A DNA stretch of 51,232 nt from Gemmatimonadota bacterium (lineage in GTDB: Bacteria > Gemmatimonadota > Gemmatimonadetes > Gemmatimonadales > GWC2-71-9). The position numbers were made by a program, and so were the translations under genes. This document shows, piece after piece, positions 1-9,007 of this stretch (position 1 is its first letter; the number at the start of each line of letters is the position of its first letter). The stretch is taken from contig JAABRY010000011.1 of assembly GCA_011390645.1 (NCBI GenBank), forward strand, positions 1-51,232, written 5' to 3'. The notes below the pieces were generated by a model. That model searched no databases and was not told the origin of the DNA. It saw only the letters and a list, made by a program, of their open reading frames with translations.

Positions 1-144
1 CCGGGCAGCGGGTCAATTTCGATCTCCACGCTCACCACCGAGCGTGTGGCGGGGACCTTCTCGTTCACGGCACAGGCCGGTGCCGGGACCGCCGCGACCG
101 GCCAACGCCTCGTGAGCAGCGGAACCTTCGACATCGCCTTCTGA
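1..144 (+). CDS. 3' end of a truncated beta-rich exported-type protein (DUF6252-like C-terminus)
   Basis: Frame 1 reads PGSGSISISTLTTERVAGTFSFTAQAGAGTAATGQRLVSSGTFDIAF* and is followed by a terminator hairpin; the family call is from motif memory only. Confidence 0.55.
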   Translation, partial: PGSGSISISTLTTERVAGTFSFTAQAGAGTAATGQRLVSSGTFDIAF

Positions 145-161
145 CGCCACAGCAAACCCAC

Positions 162-203
162 CCACGCCCCCGACTGCCCTGCGCGGTCGGGGGCGTGGTG
201 TTT
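162..203 (+). terminator. Intrinsic terminator
   Basis: CCACGCCCCCGACTGC / GCGGTCGGGGGCGTGG 16-bp stem (one G-U) followed by TGTTT, just after the stop at 144. Confidence 0.7.
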
Positions 204-238
204 CGGACCCTTCGGCGGCCTGACGCGTACTCGCTGCC

Positions 239-1354
239 ATGACACTCGCACGCACCCGCCTGTATCTCGGCATCACTGCCGTCGGACTCACCGTCCTCCT
301 CGCCGCCGTGGCGCTCTGGAGCGACCTCCCCAGCGCCTGGCTCTCTGATGACACGACGGTCCCGGTTGCGCGAACCGTCGCCACCGCACTCGTCTGGCCC
401 CTGGTGTGGACCGCCCTCCTCTTCCCGCTTGATGTGCTCGGCGGGACCGTCGCCGTACGCCATCGTCCGGCCATCTGGCGGTGGCTCTGGCCGTGGGTGC
501 GCGGGGTTCTGACCCAACTGGTGGTCCTGGCGATCGCGGGCATGGTCCTCGTGGCGCTGAGCCGGGCGCTGGGGCTCTTCGGGGCAGTGACTGGCGCGAC
601 CCTCACCGCGGCGGCGATCGTGTCGCAGACGGGCAGATTGGCCCGCCTGGGGGCGTCGGTTGAGTCCGTGCCGACCGACGCCACAGCGCAGGTCCTTGGC
701 GACCTCGGCGACTTCCGAATGGAGGTCGTGGCGACCCGCGACGAGGCCTTCGTCGGCGGCTTCACCGGGTTGGTACAGCCTCGACTGCTCGTGCCGGAGA
801 CCTGGCTCGCCCTTCCCCGGGATGTCCTCCAGGGCGTGCTCGTGCGTCGACAGCTCGCAGCCGCCACTCCACGGGTGCGTGGGATCGCGCTGGCGTTGGT
901 CTGGCTCGCCCTCGGCGCGACGGTCAGTGGCCACGTTGCCGGCCTCCCGGACTCCGCCGCGGGATTGGTGCGTTTCTCCCTCGCGACCACACTCTGGAGT
1001 TTTCTTGGCGTGCTGGTGCTGCCCACGCCGTCGCGCCGGGCGGTGGTTGCCCTCGACCAACGGGCAGCCCGCGTCGTGGGAGCGGGACCGATTCGCGAGG
1101 GGATCATTGCCCTGGACCGGTGGCAGGATGATGAACCCGCTCGCAATCGACTCGTCGAGACGATCTTCCATCCCGTCCCATCGCGCACTTCGCGCATCAC
1201 GAGCCTGAGCGGCTCGACCCCGGCAGCAAGTGGCGCGTGGCGCGTCGCTCGCGTGGCGCTACCGATGGGGCTCGGGGGCTGGAGCCTTCTCGGACGAGCG
1301 GTGCACTGCAACCTCGGACGACCGGCGCTCTGGTGGATGCTTCCGGGTGATTGA
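239..1354 (+). CDS. Multi-pass membrane protein, M48/Ste24-like layout without an intact HEXXH
   Basis: 371 aa, several TM segments; AFVGGFTGL..RLLV, LQGVLVRRQ where M48 has xAVLAHExxH, and HPVPSRTSRI resembling the M48 HP...RI motif. Confidence 0.6.
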   Translation: MTLARTRLYLGITAVGLTVLLAAVALWSDLPSAWLSDDTTVPVARTVATALVWPLVWTALLFPLDVLGGTVAVRHRPAIWRWLWPWVRGVLTQLVVLAIAGMVLVALSRALGLFGAVTGATLTAAAIVSQTGRLARLGASVESVPTDATAQVLGDLGDFRMEVVATRDEAFVGGFTGLVQPRLLVPETWLALPRDVLQGVLVRRQLAAATPRVRGIALALVWLALGATVSGHVAGLPDSAAGLVRFSLATTLWSFLGVLVLPTPSRRAVVALDQRAARVVGAGPIREGIIALDRWQDDEPARNRLVETIFHPVPSRTSRITSLSGSTPAASGAWRVARVALPMGLGGWSLLGRAVHCNLGRPALWWMLPGD

Positions 1355-1423
1355 TGCGGCCCCGCTGCGGGAGTACCTTGGCAGGAGTGGGATGCACTCC
1401 CCTGGCGGCCACCCCGGAGGTTC

Positions 1424-1663
1424 GTGATGACTGATACCCGCACCACCATCACCTCGCCCGATGGTGCGCGCCGCGCCGTGATCATGCGCCGCCCCGACGG
1501 TTTCTTCCAGACGGCCTATGAGCGCTTTGATGACACCGTGGTCAACGGTATCGGCGGGATGAGCGATCCCTTCTGGCGCCCCGATCTCGAAGACGAGGTC
1601 ACCCCGTCCCTCGAGGATGCCGAGCGCCGCGCACGCACCACGCTGGGTCTCGACCCGTCCTGA
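1424..1663 (+). CDS. Small hypothetical protein (about 79 aa)
   Basis: GGAGG SD before GTG/ATG (1424/1427); fills the gap between co-oriented genes; natural-looking composition. Confidence 0.6.
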   Translation: MMTDTRTTITSPDGARRAVIMRRPDGFFQTAYERFDDTVVNGIGGMSDPFWRPDLEDEVTPSLEDAERRARTTLGLDPS

Positions 1664-1691
1664 CCTCCCCCCCCCTGCACCGGATGCCCTG

Positions 1692-3245
1692 ATGGACGCC
1701 ACCTTCCTGGACTCGGTTCGCCAGTCCTTCCCGACCGATGACGCCCTGGTGCTTGGTGCGCCGATGCTCGACCGTCGCATCCATCCCGAGCCGTTGGTGC
1801 GGCTGCCGCTCGCGATGCTCAATCGGCATGGCTTGATCGCGGGGGCCACCGGCACCGGCAAGACCAAGACCCTGCAGCTGATGGCGGAGCAGATGTCCGC
1901 CGCGGGGATCCCGGTCTTCGTTGCGGACCTCAAGGGCGACCTCTCCGGGTTGGCCACGGACGGGCGGCCGCACCCGAAGATCGATGAACGGGCGGAGGCA
2001 ACGGGTCACGCGTGGGCTCCAACCGGTTATCCCGTGGAATTTCTTTCCCTCACGGGGCAGCACGGCGCCCAGCTCCGCGCCACGGTGACATCGTTCGGTC
2101 CGCTCTTGCTGGCCAAGGTCCTCGGGCTCAATGACACGCAGACGAGCGTCCTCACGCTGGTCTTCAAGTACTGCGATGACAAGGGGCTGCCCCTCCTCGA
2201 CTTCGCCGACCTGCGCTCCGTCCTGCAGTACCTCGCCAACGAGGGCGCGGCGGAATTGAAGGACTACGGTGGGATGTCGAAGCAGACCGTGGGTGTGCTG
2301 CTCCGTGAGATGGTCGAACTCGAACACCAGGGCGCGGAAGCCTTCTTCGGCGAACCGGAATTCGATCTCGCCGACCTGATGCAGGTCGAGCGCGATGGCC
2401 GCGGGCTGATCAGTGCGCTGCAGCTCTCCGATGTCCAGGACAAGCCGGCACTCTTCTCGACGTTCATGATGTGGATGCTCGCGCGGCTCTTCCAGGAGCT
2501 GCCGGAAGTCGGCGATCAGGCCAAGCCGAAACTGGTCTTCTTCTTCGATGAAGCCCACCTGCTCTTCAATGATGCGAGCAAGGCGTTTCTCACGCAGGTG
2601 GAACAGGTGGTACGCCTGATCCGTTCGAAGGGGGTGGGCATCTTCTTCGTCACCCAGAGCCCCAAGGACGTGCCAGCAGATATTCTCGGGCAACTTGGCC
2701 ACCGGGTCCAGCACGCACTCCGCGCCTTCACCCCCGACGATGAAAAGGCGCTCCGTGCGGCCGCGCGCACCTTCCCCAAGACGCCGTGGTATGACGTCCA
2801 GGAGTTGCTCACCAGCGTCGGGACCGGCGAGGCGGTGATCACGACGCTCACCCGCAAGGGCACGCCCACCGCACCAGTGGCCACGCACCTCATCGCCCCC
2901 ACGGCACGGATGGATCCACTCGACCCGGCCGAGCTCGCGGCACTCAATGCGCGGTCCCGGCAGGTGCGGGCGTATGCCGAGACAGTGGATCGCGACAGTG
3001 CGCACGAGATGCTCGCGCGCCGGATGGAGGAAACCGCCGCAGCGGCCGCGGCAGAGGCCGCGGCGCAGCCGGTTGGCGTGGAAGACGGCAAGCGTTCGGG
3101 GGGGGGACGTGGTCGTACCCCGCGCCCCGAGCCGAGCGCGATGGAGAAGATCCTCAAGTCCCCCGGTGCACGCACGGCCCAGACGATGGTCGTCCGGGCC
3201 GTGATGGGGGTGCTGCTGGGGGGATTGCTAGGAAAGAAGAGGTGA
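1692..3245 (+). CDS. HerA-like P-loop ATPase, DUF853/YjgR family
   Basis: LNRHGLIAGATGTGKT Walker A, KPKLVFFFDEAHLLF Walker B, RLIRSKGVGIFFVTQ and LGQLGHRVQHALRAFTP motifs; start moved to ATG 1692. Confidence 0.9.
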   Translation: MDATFLDSVRQSFPTDDALVLGAPMLDRRIHPEPLVRLPLAMLNRHGLIAGATGTGKTKTLQLMAEQMSAAGIPVFVADLKGDLSGLATDGRPHPKIDERAEATGHAWAPTGYPVEFLSLTGQHGAQLRATVTSFGPLLLAKVLGLNDTQTSVLTLVFKYCDDKGLPLLDFADLRSVLQYLANEGAAELKDYGGMSKQTVGVLLREMVELEHQGAEAFFGEPEFDLADLMQVERDGRGLISALQLSDVQDKPALFSTFMMWMLARLFQELPEVGDQAKPKLVFFFDEAHLLFNDASKAFLTQVEQVVRLIRSKGVGIFFVTQSPKDVPADILGQLGHRVQHALRAFTPDDEKALRAAARTFPKTPWYDVQELLTSVGTGEAVITTLTRKGTPTAPVATHLIAPTARMDPLDPAELAALNARSRQVRAYAETVDRDSAHEMLARRMEETAAAAAAEAAAQPVGVEDGKRSGGGRGRTPRPEPSAMEKILKSPGARTAQTMVVRAVMGVLLGGLLGKKR

Positions 3246-3253
3246 GACGACAC

Positions 3254-3349
3254 GTGAAACGTGAAAGGTGAACGGGTGCGCCGACGCGCCGGAAGGTGTG
3301 CAGCGCGAACGATGTCGCTCCCTCAACCCTTTCACGTTTCACCTTTCAC
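3254..3349. repeat. Inverted heptamer arrays GTGAA(A/C)(C/G) x3 and (C/G)TTTCAC x3 between convergent genes
   Basis: GTGAAAC GTGAAAG GTGAACG at 3254-3274; CTTTCAC GTTTCAC CTTTCAC at 3329-3349. Confidence 0.85.
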
Positions 3350-3353
3350 CCGT

Positions 3354-4631
3354 TTACCGCCCCGCCGCCTTTTCCACGGCCTCCATCACCCGCAACAGGT
3401 TGCCGCTCCAGATCTTGCCGATCTGCTCCTCGGTATAGCCTCGCCGGACCAACTCGCGGGTCACGTTGAACGTCTCGGCCGCCGTGCGCCACCCCTCCAC
3501 GCCCCCGCCGCCATCGAAGTCGGACGAGATGCCGGCGTGATCGATCCCGATCAGCTTCACCACGTAGTCCACGTGATCGACGAAGTCGGCGACCGTGGCA
3601 GCGGGATCGGCCGGATAGCGTCGCGAGACGATGTCCTCCTGCGCGGCGAGAAACGCGTTGCGCCGCGCCTCGGGGAGGGCCTCCAGTGCGGCGGTCACCT
3701 CCTGCGGGCGCACGCCGGTGACGCCATACTCCCGCCGCAAGTCAGCGATGGCCGCCTGCCGCGCCTCGGCGCGAGCGGTCCCCGCCGCACTGCACTTCAC
3801 GTAGCTGTTGAAGGCGACGAGCTGCACCACGCCACCGTTCTTCGCCAGGGCGCGCAACTGTTCGTCATCGAGGTTCCGGGAGTGATCGCACAGCGCACGC
3901 ACGCCCGAGTGGCTGGCAATGATCGGTGCGGTCGTGAGTTCGAGCGTCTGCATCATCGACGCCTTGGACGGATGCGAGATGTCGATCATCATCCCGACCC
4001 GGTTCATCTCCCGAATCACCTCGCGGCCCAGCGCCGAGAGGCCGTGGTGCAGCCAGACGCCATCACGTTCTCCGGTGTTGGAATCGGAGAGCTGTGAGTG
4101 ACCGTTGTGCGCCAGCGACATGTACCGGCCGCCCAGGGCGTGGAACTTCGCCACGTTGGTCACATCGGAACCGACCGGAAAACCGTTCTCGATCCCGATG
4201 AGGATGGCGCGCTTGCCACTCGCGTTGATGGCGCGCACGTCCGCTGCCGTGCGTGCCAGCGCGGCACGATCAGGCGCGATGGTGTCCACCAGTCGATGAA
4301 TGGCCGCGAACTTCTCCATCGCCTGTGCGTTCGCCTGCGCGAAGCCCTCGGGGGTGAGGTTCGCCGACTGGCCGACATAGACGATCAGGAACGCCGCATC
4401 GAGTCCGCCGCGCTCCATCTTCGGGATGTCAACCTGCTGGCGTCCCGGGAGTTCCGTGGCATAGTTGGCGGCACCCAACTGGAAGTTGCGCGGATTGATG
4501 TCGACGTGCGTGTCGAGCGTGAGGACGCGGTCATGGATGGCGCGCGCCCGCGCATCGATGGCGGCGTCGGGGGTCTGGGCAGCGAGGGGGGCGGCGGTCA
4601 TGACAGTCAGGAGCAACGGGAGTCGGGGCAT
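3354..4631 (-). CDS. Exported membrane dipeptidase, peptidase M19 family
   Basis: Signal peptide; LDTHVD, IGIENG, YMSLAHNG, DISH, IASHS, RNLDD, HAGISSDFDGGG and KIWSGNLLRV motifs. Confidence 0.92.
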   Translation of the reverse strand: MPRLPLLLTVMTAAPLAAQTPDAAIDARARAIHDRVLTLDTHVDINPRNFQLGAANYATELPGRQQVDIPKMERGGLDAAFLIVYVGQSANLTPEGFAQANAQAMEKFAAIHRLVDTIAPDRAALARTAADVRAINASGKRAILIGIENGFPVGSDVTNVAKFHALGGRYMSLAHNGHSQLSDSNTGERDGVWLHHGLSALGREVIREMNRVGMMIDISHPSKASMMQTLELTTAPIIASHSGVRALCDHSRNLDDEQLRALAKNGGVVQLVAFNSYVKCSAAGTARAEARQAAIADLRREYGVTGVRPQEVTAALEALPEARRNAFLAAQEDIVSRRYPADPAATVADFVDHVDYVVKLIGIDHAGISSDFDGGGGVEGWRTAAETFNVTRELVRRGYTEEQIGKIWSGNLLRVMEAVEKAAGR

Positions 4632-4784
4632 GAGGTCACCGGGTGAACGGGATCGAGGGACAGCCGGTCGCGAGCAATGCGACCCTCATCAAGATACGCG
4701 ACCTGGCGGCACCACGTTGCGTCGGACGGGACGCGAGTCCATACTCGAAGGGTCCGACCACTTCTCATCTCCGGAGGCATCCCC

Positions 4785-4988
4785 ATGTCCGTCGCACGCG
4801 TCAGTGAAATCATCTGCGAGTCGAAGAAGAGCTTCGACGACGCCATTACCACCGGCATCACCCGCGCCAACAAGACGTTGCGCAATGTCAGCGAAGCGTG
4901 GGTGCAGAGCCAGAAGGTGATCGTCACCAAGGGCAAGATCACCGGCTATCGCGTCATCCTGAAAGTGACGTTCGTACTCGACGACTGA
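4785..4988 (+). CDS. Dodecin family flavin-binding protein
   Basis: MSVARVSEIICESKKSFDDAI...RANKTLRNV...YRVILKVTFVLDD (67 aa); GGAGG SD upstream of ATG 4785. Confidence 0.9.
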   Translation: MSVARVSEIICESKKSFDDAITTGITRANKTLRNVSEAWVQSQKVIVTKGKITGYRVILKVTFVLDD

Positions 4989-5005
4989 GTGCGACAGCGC
5001 GCGCG

Positions 5006-6742
5006 TCAGGGCCCGAGCAACAGGTAGTGCCCCAGGACGAGCGCGCCGATCACCAGCACCACGACCGCGGCGGTTCCCCCAACGGCCGCCAACATGCTCC
5101 GCCACCCTTCGCTGTGACTGCGCCCGGGCCACACCCCGGGCGGTCGCACTCGGGTCGCGAAGGCGGCGGCGGCCACGCGATCAGCGCGTGGGCCCAGTGC
5201 AATGGTCGCCAGCGTCGCGACGAGACTCGCTCCCGCAATCCACAGCAACTGGCGCTCGTACGCCATCGCACCCACACCCACGCCCACCGCCACGACAAGT
5301 CCGGCGACCGCACCGACCAGTTCCGCGGCCGCGGTCATGCGCCACCACGCCCAGCGCAACAACGTCGGCACCCCGAGTGCGGCACCGAGCGCCGCCACCC
5401 AGCGCCACGCTTGTTCGATGCGCTCGATCTGCAACGCCACGGCCACCGCCAGGATCGCGAAGACCACGACCGCCGCGCGCGCGGCCACGATCTGCCCTCG
5501 CGGTGACAGGTCAGGGCGCAGGCGCAACACGACGTCCTTCACCGCGTACGAGGCCCCCCAATTGAAGTGGGTATCGATGGTGCTCATGAACGCGGCGAGC
5601 AACGACACCACCAGCAGACCGAGAATGCCGGCGGGAAGGAGCGCAACCATCAGCGCAGGATACGCGACCTCGCGATCCGCACGCACCGCCGCGGCCAGCT
5701 CGGGGGCGAGCGCACTGGGCCCCCCACCGACGGGGACCAGGACCAGCGCAGCCAAGCCGACGATGAGCCAGGGCCAGATCCGGACGAGGTACTGCAGCAC
5801 GATGAACAACCCAGCCGCCTTGGCCGCATCTCCCTCGCTTCGCGTCGCGCTCAGCCGCTGCTGCAAGTACCCGCCACCATCGGCCGGCACGTTCGCGAAC
5901 GCCTGCACCAAGAGGTAGGCACCGAGCCCGAACGCTCCCAGCCCGAGGCTTGCCACCCATCCGCTGTCTGGGCTGGGGAACAGCGCGACGATCGATGCGG
6001 CCTCCGCACCGTGCAGTGCCACGAGGCCTTCCCGCAGGCCACGCTGTCCCCCCACCGCACGCCACGCCGCCACCGCAAGCCAGATGCTGCCCACCATGCC
6101 AAGGGCAAACTGCGCGAGGTCCGTGCGCACCACCCCGCGAATGCCGCCGAGCGAGGAGTAGGTCGTCACCAAGGCGACGAGGACCAGGATCGTGAGCAGG
6201 TCACCCGGCCCGCCGAGGGCAGTGCCCTCGGGAAGGAGGCGCCCCACCCCTGCGAGAAGCCCGGGGGCCCATTGCTCCCATGGGACGAAGGGCTGCGCGA
6301 TCTTCGCCATCGCGCGCAGGACCCAGCCCAGGATGATCACGTTGTAGACGAGACCGTAGAGGCCGGCGCGGAATGAACGAAGCACGGGCGCCGCCGGGTC
6401 GGCATAGCGGACCGCGATGAACTCGGCATCGGTGATCACGTCGGCCCGCCACCAGCGTCGGGCAAAGACCACCGCGACGGCCGCATGGACAAGGATCCAC
6501 GAGAGCCACATCCAGTTGCCCGAGACACCGCGATCGGCAATGATCCCCGCCACCGCCAGTGGGGTGTCCGCGGCGAACGTGGTGGCGGCAACCGAGATCC
6601 CGGCCCACCACCACGGCAGGGAGCGATCCGCGAGGAAGTAGGAGCGGGGTCCGCGTCCGCTCCCCTCCCGGGTGGCGAGTCCTACCCAGAGCGCAAAGGC
6701 GAGATACCCGCCAATGATCGCCCAGTCGAGGAGCGAGAGCAC
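5006..6742 (-). CDS. Sodium:solute symporter (SSS) family transporter
   Basis: LDWAIIGGY, YFLADRSLPWW, SVAATTFAADTPL, GGIRGVVRTD, YLQQRL, AAFMSTIDTHFNWGASY; many TM helices. Confidence 0.92.
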   Translation of the reverse strand: MLSLLDWAIIGGYLAFALWVGLATREGSGRGPRSYFLADRSLPWWWAGISVAATTFAADTPLAVAGIIADRGVSGNWMWLSWILVHAAVAVVFARRWWRADVITDAEFIAVRYADPAAPVLRSFRAGLYGLVYNVIILGWVLRAMAKIAQPFVPWEQWAPGLLAGVGRLLPEGTALGGPGDLLTILVLVALVTTYSSLGGIRGVVRTDLAQFALGMVGSIWLAVAAWRAVGGQRGLREGLVALHGAEAASIVALFPSPDSGWVASLGLGAFGLGAYLLVQAFANVPADGGGYLQQRLSATRSEGDAAKAAGLFIVLQYLVRIWPWLIVGLAALVLVPVGGGPSALAPELAAAVRADREVAYPALMVALLPAGILGLLVVSLLAAFMSTIDTHFNWGASYAVKDVVLRLRPDLSPRGQIVAARAAVVVFAILAVAVALQIERIEQAWRWVAALGAALGVPTLLRWAWWRMTAAAELVGAVAGLVVAVGVGVGAMAYERQLLWIAGASLVATLATIALGPRADRVAAAAFATRVRPPGVWPGRSHSEGWRSMLAAVGGTAAVVVLVIGALVLGHYLLLGP

Positions 6743-6745
6743 GCG

Positions 6746-8977
6746 TCAGCCGCCGTGGGGCGTGTCGCCGAGCGCCTCCAGGAACTCACGGCTCCACGCA
6801 TCGACGTCGTGGCCCTCGACCACCTCGGTGAGGCGTCGCATCCGCTGGCGGCGCTCCTCCTCGGGCAAGGTGAGCGCTTGATGGAGTGTCGCCACCATCC
6901 CCTCGACGTCGTACGGATTGGTGAGCAACGCGCCATGGAGTTCCACCGCGGCACCGGCAAACTCGGATACGACCAGCACCCCTGCCCCACCAGTGGCCGC
7001 CTGCGCCGCCACATACTCCTTGGCGACCAGGTTCAGCCCATCCCGCAGCGGGGTCACCCATGCCACATCCGCTGCCGCCGCAAAGCCGACGACCTCATCA
7101 AACGGCAACGCACGGAAGAGGTAGTGAATCGGTGTCCATTCCAGCGTGGCGAAACGACCGTTGATCCGCCCCACCGCACGATCGACCGCTTCCCGCACCT
7201 CCTCGTACACTTCCATCCCGGGCGCGGGTGGCGTGGTCACGAACACCAGCGACACCGACCCGCGTTGGTCGGGATGGACCTCGAGGAAACGCTCGAAGGC
7301 TTCGAGCTTCTGCAGCGGCCCCTTCACATAGTCGAGTCGCTCGACACTGAGGACGAGTCGGGTCCCACGAAAGCGCTCGCGCACCGCCTCGACCGTCTCC
7401 CGCCGCACCGGATCCTCGAGAATGTCACGCACGGCGCGGACGTTCACACCGACGGGATGCGCCCCGAGGCGCACCGTGCGATCACCCACCGCGATGACCG
7501 TGGGCATCTTCGGAATGGCGAGCGCGACACCATGCACGCGGAAGCGCGGGGCACAGGGTTCGGCCTCGACGACTTCCGTCGGGATGTGTGAGCGCAGCAC
7601 ATCGAGAAAATTCGCCGCGTAGCGGGGGATGTGGAATCCGACGAGGTCGCACTGCGCCAGCGAGCCAACGATCTGGCCGGCCCACGGAATGACGTTGAAG
7701 ATGTCTGCCGGCGGGAACGAGGTGTGATGGAAAAAGCCGATCCGGAGATCCGGACGCAGACGACGCAAGAACCCGGGTACCATCCAGAGGTTGTAGTCGT
7801 GGATCCAGACGAGCGCCCCTTCGTCGGCTTCCGCTGCCGCGGCCTCCGCAAAGCGTTGGTTGATCGTGAGGTAGTGCTCCCAATCCGATGAGCGAAAGCG
7901 TGCTTTCTCGACGAAGGAGAAGATCACGGGCCAGAACGCTTCCTTCGAGAACTCCTTGTAGAACCGGCGCACGTCGTCTTCTTCGAGGGGCAGTTTCGCT
8001 GCCAGGAGGTTGGGATACCGCTCCTCGTCCACCAATTCGTGGGTGATCGCTGTCGCACCGGGAGCGTGCTGCGTGCTCCATGCCACCCACGATCCGGGTC
8101 GGCCGCCCTCGAAGCAACCGAGGAGGGTGGGAATGATGCCGTTGGGTGACGTCGGCCGCCGCCGCGTGAGCTCCCCGTCCACGAGGCGTTCGTCGAACGG
8201 CAATCGATGATACACCACCACGAGTTGGGCATCGCCGGAGGTGACCGGACCAGGAGCGGGTTCGACGAAACGTTCGCGCTCATCCATGAGTCGCAACGCC
8301 TCGAGGATCCCTCCCGCACCGGGCAACATCGCCTGGTGGACATGCGGGAAGTCCGCCGTTGCGGTGACGAGCGCGGGTTCCGACTGCCCGACCACCACGC
8401 CGCGGTATCCGGTTTCGAAGAGTGAGAGGTCGTTGAGCGTATCACCAGCGACCAGCACCCGGTCGGCGGGAATGCGGAGCTGCTCCACCAAGCGCATCAG
8501 GGTGCTGCCCTTGTTGGTCCCCCGCGGCAGCACATCGAGGTAGCGATCCGCCGAGTGGAGGACGTCCACCGGGAGGTTGCGCACGCGATGCCGCACTTCG
8601 TCAATCACTTCGAGGCGTTCCGCGTGGAACGACACCCGCCGTTCCTGTGGCACCGCCTGACGTTCCAATCCCTCCAGCGTCCCGATCGCCTCGAGGACCG
8701 CCTCGACCCCCACCCATCGCGCGTCGATCTCCCACTGAATCGGGTCCACCGGGCGAAGGCCGTCGGTCGTGACGATGGTGCCACCGACATCGGCGATGAT
8801 GAACTCCGGATCGGGCACGAGGGCGTCCCCGAGCAGCGGCAGGACACTCTCCACCCCGCGACCCGTCACGAAAACCAGCCGGACATCCGGCGCGGCGCGC
8901 AGCGCGCGATAGAGGGCCAGACGATCCGCCTGACGGCCGCCGAGAAAGGTGCCGTCGAGATCAGTTGCGAGCAGCAG
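6746..8977 (-). CDS. ggpS: Bifunctional glucosylglycerol-phosphate synthase/phosphatase (HAD-IIB + GT20)
   Basis: In-frame extension beyond the ORF-track start gives LLATDLDGTFLGG...VFVTGR (HAD motifs I/II), NKG and GDTLND; the GT20 part has YHRLPF, SPNGIIPTL, FSKEAFWP, WIHDYNLW, ERLDYVKG, RDGLNLVAKEY. Start is probably non-canonical CTG 8977 or ATT 8980. Confidence 0.85.
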   Translation of the reverse strand: MLLATDLDGTFLGGRQADRLALYRALRAAPDVRLVFVTGRGVESVLPLLGDALVPDPEFIIADVGGTIVTTDGLRPVDPIQWEIDARWVGVEAVLEAIGTLEGLERQAVPQERRVSFHAERLEVIDEVRHRVRNLPVDVLHSADRYLDVLPRGTNKGSTLMRLVEQLRIPADRVLVAGDTLNDLSLFETGYRGVVVGQSEPALVTATADFPHVHQAMLPGAGGILEALRLMDERERFVEPAPGPVTSGDAQLVVVYHRLPFDERLVDGELTRRRPTSPNGIIPTLLGCFEGGRPGSWVAWSTQHAPGATAITHELVDEERYPNLLAAKLPLEEDDVRRFYKEFSKEAFWPVIFSFVEKARFRSSDWEHYLTINQRFAEAAAAEADEGALVWIHDYNLWMVPGFLRRLRPDLRIGFFHHTSFPPADIFNVIPWAGQIVGSLAQCDLVGFHIPRYAANFLDVLRSHIPTEVVEAEPCAPRFRVHGVALAIPKMPTVIAVGDRTVRLGAHPVGVNVRAVRDILEDPVRRETVEAVRERFRGTRLVLSVERLDYVKGPLQKLEAFERFLEVHPDQRGSVSLVFVTTPPAPGMEVYEEVREAVDRAVGRINGRFATLEWTPIHYLFRALPFDEVVGFAAAADVAWVTPLRDGLNLVAKEYVAAQAATGGAGVLVVSEFAGAAVELHGALLTNPYDVEGMVATLHQALTLPEEERRQRMRRLTEVVEGHDVDAWSREFLEALGDTPHGG

Positions 8978-9007
8978 AATGAGTCCACCTCCGAGAGATA
9001 CGTGGGG

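Noticed and set aside
1692-3245. HerA-based anti-phage or conjugation system
   Set aside because: Ordinary DUF853/YjgR-type ATPase with no nuclease, Sir2 or T4SS partner adjacent
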